DNA of 64,000 bases, from assembly GCA_963783425.1 (NCBI GenBank), contig CAWANO010000004.1, forward strand, positions 6,969 to 70,968, written 5' to 3'. A program made the translations under genes and the position numbers. Source of the DNA: an uncultured delta proteobacterium (GTDB lineage: Bacteria > Desulfobacterota > Desulfobacteria > Desulfobacterales > QNYZ01). Shown one piece after another: positions 58,445 to 64,000 of this stretch. The notes under the pieces are model-generated. The model saw only the letters and a list, made by a program, of their open reading frames with translations. It had not been told where the DNA came from and searched no databases. How positions within the stretch are numbered: position 1 is the first letter of the stretch; the number at the start of each line of letters is the position of its first letter.

Positions 58445-60324
58445 CGTGTGCCCGGCATGGGTAACGGCTTGGGGGTTAAAGTCCCCTGCGAGACCTGATG
58501 GCGGTAACCGCTAGCCAATGGCAAGGGCGTCCAGCGCGAGTTGGGGTCTGAAGGAAGCCGGCGGCAAAACTCCGATCCGAGGGACACGAACCGTATATAA
58601 GGCTGCGGCATTGGGGTAAGTCTACGTGACAAGACAAAGCCCATAGCCATCAAGCGGTGTCGTAGTAAATACGGCGGATGTGGAGTGGAGGCAGTTATCC
58701 TTACCCGGGGAGATCTGCAGCGCCGTCCTTAAAAAGGACGATGGGATCCGTAAGGAGACCAGATGGGGTTGCAGAAGTCAGCAGAGGTCATATTAGGGCC
58801 GCGGATCGGCCTGAAGGACCGAACATGTAGCCAGGGTAAGAACCCTTTGGATTCGTTAACATGATGATGCAGCAACTCCAATTAGAATTTTCATGGAACC
58901 GCGCTTTGAAGCCCAAGGGTGAAGCCCGTAGGGCAAAGGCAGCGGTGCATCAAGTGCCGGCGGCATCGGAGGCAGACGACCCGTTAAACCAAGTGACGAT
59001 GGAAGAGGTGATCCGCACAAAGAACCTCATGATCGCACTGAAACGAGTGCTGGCCAACAAGGGCAGCAGCGGCGTAGACGGCATGTCTGTGGAAGCGCTG
59101 GAGGATCATCTGAAGCGGCACTGGCCACAGATGCGCGAACAGCTCATCACTGGTGGATATAAGCCACAGCCGGTTATGCGGGTCTTAATACCGAAACCGG
59201 GCGGAGGAACCCGGGAGCTTGGGGTTCCGACCGTAATTGATCGCTTTATCCAGCAAGCCTTACACCAGGTGCTCAGTCCCTTTTATGATGAAACGTTTTC
59301 GGCCTCAAGCTTCGGCTTTCGGCCTGGCCGCAGTGCCCATCAAGCGGTTCGGCAGGCCAAACGTTACATTGAACAAGGGCATGAGTGGGTCGTGGACATC
59401 GATCTTGAGAAATACTTTGATCGAATTAACCATGACATTCTCATGAGCCGCCTGGCTCGTAGAATTTTGGACAAACGCATCTTGAAGCTGATCCGTTTGT
59501 ATCTACAAGCCGGAGTAATGGTGGATGGTGTTGTGATCAGGCGCCACCTGGGAACCCCGCAAGGTGGGCCACTTTCACCATTGCTCAGTAACGTTCTTTT
59601 GGATGAACTGGACAAAGAGTTGGAGCGGCGGGGTCACAAGTTCTGTCGCTACGCTGACGATGCCAATGTGTACGTTCGATCCGAGCGCGCCGGCCAGCGC
59701 GTCATGGAATCGGTGGAACGGTTTTTATGGAAGCGGCTAAAGCTCAGAATAAACCGCCACAAAAGTGCTGTGGACAGACCACAGCATCGGCAGTTTCTTG
59801 GCTTTAGCTTCACTTCTGGAAAACGGCTCAAGATCAAATTGTCGGATAAGGCATTGCAGTATGTGAAATACCGTATTCGACAGATCACGCGCCGTTCCAG
59901 AGGAGTTTCACTTTTGCAGGTTGTCAAAGAACTCAACATATATCTTACCGGCTGGATCGGTTATTATCGTCTGATCGAAACATCGACCACGCTAAGGGAT
60001 CTGGATAGTTGGATCCGAAGGCGGCTGCGATGTTTTGTGATGAAAAAGTGGATCAATAACTGTCACACCCGGCTCAAGAACCTTTGCCAGCTGGGTGTAA
60101 GCGAGACAAATGCCGCACCAGTAGCGTATTCTCGCAAAGGCCCTTGGGTTATGTCGAACTTCAAACCTGTTAAAGTTGCGATGCCCAACAGTTTCTTTGT
60201 ATCAAAGGGGCTTTTGTTCCTCAACGGTCGTCACACGTGTTTAATCAAATCTACATGAACCGCCATGTACGGACCCGTATGCATGGTGGTGTGGGAGGGC
60301 GAAGGCTGTGAGGCCTTCCCCTAT
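58445..60324 (+). mobile_element. Group II intron, class C-like (about 1.88 kb)
   Basis: The 5' end is GUGUG at 58445. Domain V candidate 60258-60291 (ccgccaugUAcg..cguaUGcauggugg) has a CGC rather than AGC triad. Domain VI stem gggagggc/gccuuccc (60293-60320) ends ..cuau. The RT ORF lies in domain IV, and the intron starts 7 nt after a stem-loop. Confidence 0.8.
58861..60258 (+). CDS. Group II intron reverse transcriptase/maturase (no endonuclease domain)
   Basis: Intact 465 aa. RT motifs are IPKPGGGTRELGVPTVIDRFIQQA, DIDLEKYFDRINHD, TPQGGPLSPLLSNVLLDELD, CRYADDANVY. A maturase X region follows (LTGWIGYY) and there is no HNH motif at the C-terminus. Confidence 0.9.
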   Translation: MMMQQLQLEFSWNRALKPKGEARRAKAAVHQVPAASEADDPLNQVTMEEVIRTKNLMIALKRVLANKGSSGVDGMSVEALEDHLKRHWPQMREQLITGGYKPQPVMRVLIPKPGGGTRELGVPTVIDRFIQQALHQVLSPFYDETFSASSFGFRPGRSAHQAVRQAKRYIEQGHEWVVDIDLEKYFDRINHDILMSRLARRILDKRILKLIRLYLQAGVMVDGVVIRRHLGTPQGGPLSPLLSNVLLDELDKELERRGHKFCRYADDANVYVRSERAGQRVMESVERFLWKRLKLRINRHKSAVDRPQHRQFLGFSFTSGKRLKIKLSDKALQYVKYRIRQITRRSRGVSLLQVVKELNIYLTGWIGYYRLIETSTTLRDLDSWIRRRLRCFVMKKWINNCHTRLKNLCQLGVSETNAAPVAYSRKGPWVMSNFKPVKVAMPNSFFVSKGLLFLNGRHTCLIKST

Positions 60325-60398
60325 CCCGATTGGTCAGCGTAAACCCGTTGCACAGGAGCCCTATTGGCCTAAGGTTTTCGTGTGGTTCTCGACAGAGG

Positions 60399-60971
60399 CT
60401 ACGTTGGAGCGTTACACGCAGCGGTTGTAGCAGTGTAGCTATAGGATTGAGACCCCTGTTCAGGTATGGAAACTTCAACCGTACCAGCGATCGAGTCGCT
60501 GTTGCAGATCACGGTGCCGGAAACCGTTACGGAGGTCTGGTCAAATGTGAAATCCACGCTGAAGTCGCCGCCCGTAACAGGCACGCTGGTCGATTGAGTT
60601 TGTGATGGAGGTGCACCTTCTCCCACCGGGATTGCAGTAACATCGACGCTGCCATCCGCGTCGACTTCGATCTCTACCCTACCTCCCTCGACGCCACCAC
60701 AATAAGTGCCGGCAATGTCGCAGGGTGTCGTGGTTGGCGCCGGTGTGGTTGCGGGCGGTGGTTGTGGGCTGGTTTGGGCGTGGGCCGGCACCTGCACGCG
60801 GTCCACAACCGGCTTGGCCCAGCGTTCGGGCAGTAATGCTACGCCAGTGGCCACGCCCGTGCCCACGATCATCTTTTTCAGAGCGGCACGCCGCGCACGG
60901 GAATCCGGGGTGTTTGACGGTAATTGAGGATTCGCCTCTTCGGTGGATGATTCGTGTTCTGATGCCATCAT
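60399..60971 (-). CDS. Leader-family protein P3: same conserved leader as P1/P2, unrelated C-terminal domain
   Basis: Intact 190 aa: MMASEHESSTEEANPQLPSNTPDSRARRAALKKMIVGTGVATGVALLPERWAKPVVDRVQVPAHAQTSPQPPPATTPAPTTTPCDIAGTYCGG...beta-rich...TTAACNAPT. Confidence 0.65.
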   Translation of the reverse strand: MMASEHESSTEEANPQLPSNTPDSRARRAALKKMIVGTGVATGVALLPERWAKPVVDRVQVPAHAQTSPQPPPATTPAPTTTPCDIAGTYCGGVEGGRVEIEVDADGSVDVTAIPVGEGAPPSQTQSTSVPVTGGDFSVDFTFDQTSVTVSGTVICNSDSIAGTVEVSIPEQGSQSYSYTATTAACNAPT

Positions 60972-61217
60972 TGGGTTCCTTTGCTGAGGGTCAAGTTAGG
61001 TTCGAGCTGGGTCATTACAATTCCGCTCTTACCATCGATAGATGCACTCCTGAAACGGGGGGAACCGAGTTCCGATTAACGGTGTAGTTCCAAGAAAAGA
61101 AAGTGAGATTTCAAATCGGCTACTATTAAAAAACGGTTCTGTCAAGAAATATTCATCCTTGGGTATTAATGAGACCTTATTAGGGTTTCACGGCGCCACT
61201 TAAATCCCGGTTTGGTA

Positions 61218-63190
<1,973 letters not shown>

Positions 63191-63233
63191 AAGACAATTG
63201 CGTCTATCGGTAGTAATTGATCACCACTTGAAT

Positions 63234-64000
63234 TTAGTGCTTGAAGCTCCGCTGGCCGGTGAAGACCATGGTGACGCCGGCCTCGTTGCAGGCCTCGATG
63301 GACTGGTAGTCGTTGGCCGAGCCGCCCGGCTGGATCACGGCCGTGACCCCTTCGCGCAGACCCACGTCGACGCCGTCGCGGAAGGGGAAGAAGGCGTCGG
63401 TGACCATGGCAGCGCCGATCAGACCGCCCTTTTCCGCGGCCACGCGCGCGTCGATGGCCGCTTTTGGGCCTCCGTCCTTCAGGTCGTTGTAGGGCGTCCG
63501 GTGCTGCTCGAAGCAGTAGCGGTCGGCCAGCTTGCGGTAGGCCTTGTCGCGGGCGATCTCGGCCACGCCGACGCGGTCCTGCTCGCCGGTGCCGATGCCC
63601 ACGGTGACCCGTCCTTGACGTAGATCACCGAGTTGGAGGTGATGCCGGCCTCCACCAGCCAGCCGAAGAGCAGGTCGTCGTATCTCCGCGTCGGTGGGCT
63701 CGCGTTCGATGCGGTAGGTCTTGCCCTGATACTCGCAGCTGCGGCCAGGCAGCAGGTCCTCGGGCTGCGCGGCTGGCGGGCACGAAGGACCACTGGGCGA
63801 TGAGGCCGCCGTCGATCAGGCACTTGAACTCCACGCAGCGCTGGCCCACGAAGTCCTGCAGGCGATCGATGTTGCCGATGCGGATCACGCGCAGGTTCTT
63901 CGCCGGCCAGAATCTCCATGACGCCCTCCTCGAACTCCGGCGCCACCACCACCTCGGCGTACTGGGCCGACGATCGGCTCGGCCGTGGCCTTGTCCACGG
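63234..64000 (-). CDS. purH: AICAR transformylase-domain protein (PurH family), partial at right edge, apparent frameshifts
   Basis: The C-terminus is [60 protein letters not shown]. Upstream pieces lie in other frames (..NSVIYVKDG..). Confidence 0.7.

Noticed and set aside
58861-60258. The reverse transcriptase, considered as part of a retron or diversity-generating retroelement acting on the variable C-termini of the leader-family genes.
   Set aside because: The RT has a maturase X domain and is embedded between a GUGUG 5' end and recognisable domain V/VI structures, so it is a standard group II intron. I saw no template/variable repeat pair matching P1-P3.

Overview
The window looks like a chromosomal segment of a GC-rich, sulfate-reducer-like bacterium. 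The lineage guess (Desulfobacterota/Desulfobacterales) is inferred only from gene content: class III PhaEC, LutABC, DUF3786 and a Sec-peroxiredoxin.

**Core backbone, 1-36.2 kb**
- BamA-like POTRA protein and TamB.
- LIV-type ABC transporter (livFGMH plus binding protein).
- lutCBA.
- A polyhydroxyalkanoate (PHA) regulon: phaE-phaC, GAF protein, phaJ, phaR, phasin, and a second PhaC-like gene with a small partner.
- DUF3786, cupin, Mth938-like protein and two EamA transporters.
- PP-loop ATPase and rlmN.
- The conserved ffh-rpsP-KH-rimM-trmD-(RNA MTase-like)-rplS-rnhB-yraN-rsmI block.
- ADP-forming acetyl-CoA synthetase, a PPTase and a URO-D family gene.

**Island 1, 36.2-46.1 kb (visibly AT-richer)**
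- Two duplicated genes of an unnamed secreted-protein family with a conserved Tat-like leader.
- An ISL3 remnant.
- An intact IS256-family element with a 9-bp target duplication.
- An IS4-family element.
- A secreted hypothetical protein.
- Three abutting transposase fragments.

**Core genes, 46.1-54.1 kb**
- Acyl-CoA ligase, GalT-like protein, beta-CASP hydrolase, small wHTH protein, recD2 and DUF389.

**Island 2, 54.1-61 kb**
- A tyrosine recombinase + IS91 module.
- A Bcp peroxiredoxin with an in-frame TGA exactly at the peroxidatic-Cys position (candidate selenoprotein).
- An IS200 element with a class-C-like group II intron inserted just after its right-end hairpin.
- A third member of the leader family.

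**Right edge**
- The window ends with acetoacetyl-CoA synthetase and purH.

**Assembly quality**
- Many conserved genes, including essential ffh and rpsP, are split by 1-nt frame changes.
- I read these as assembly indel errors, not decay.

**Not found**
- No rRNA, tRNA or CRISPR array was seen.
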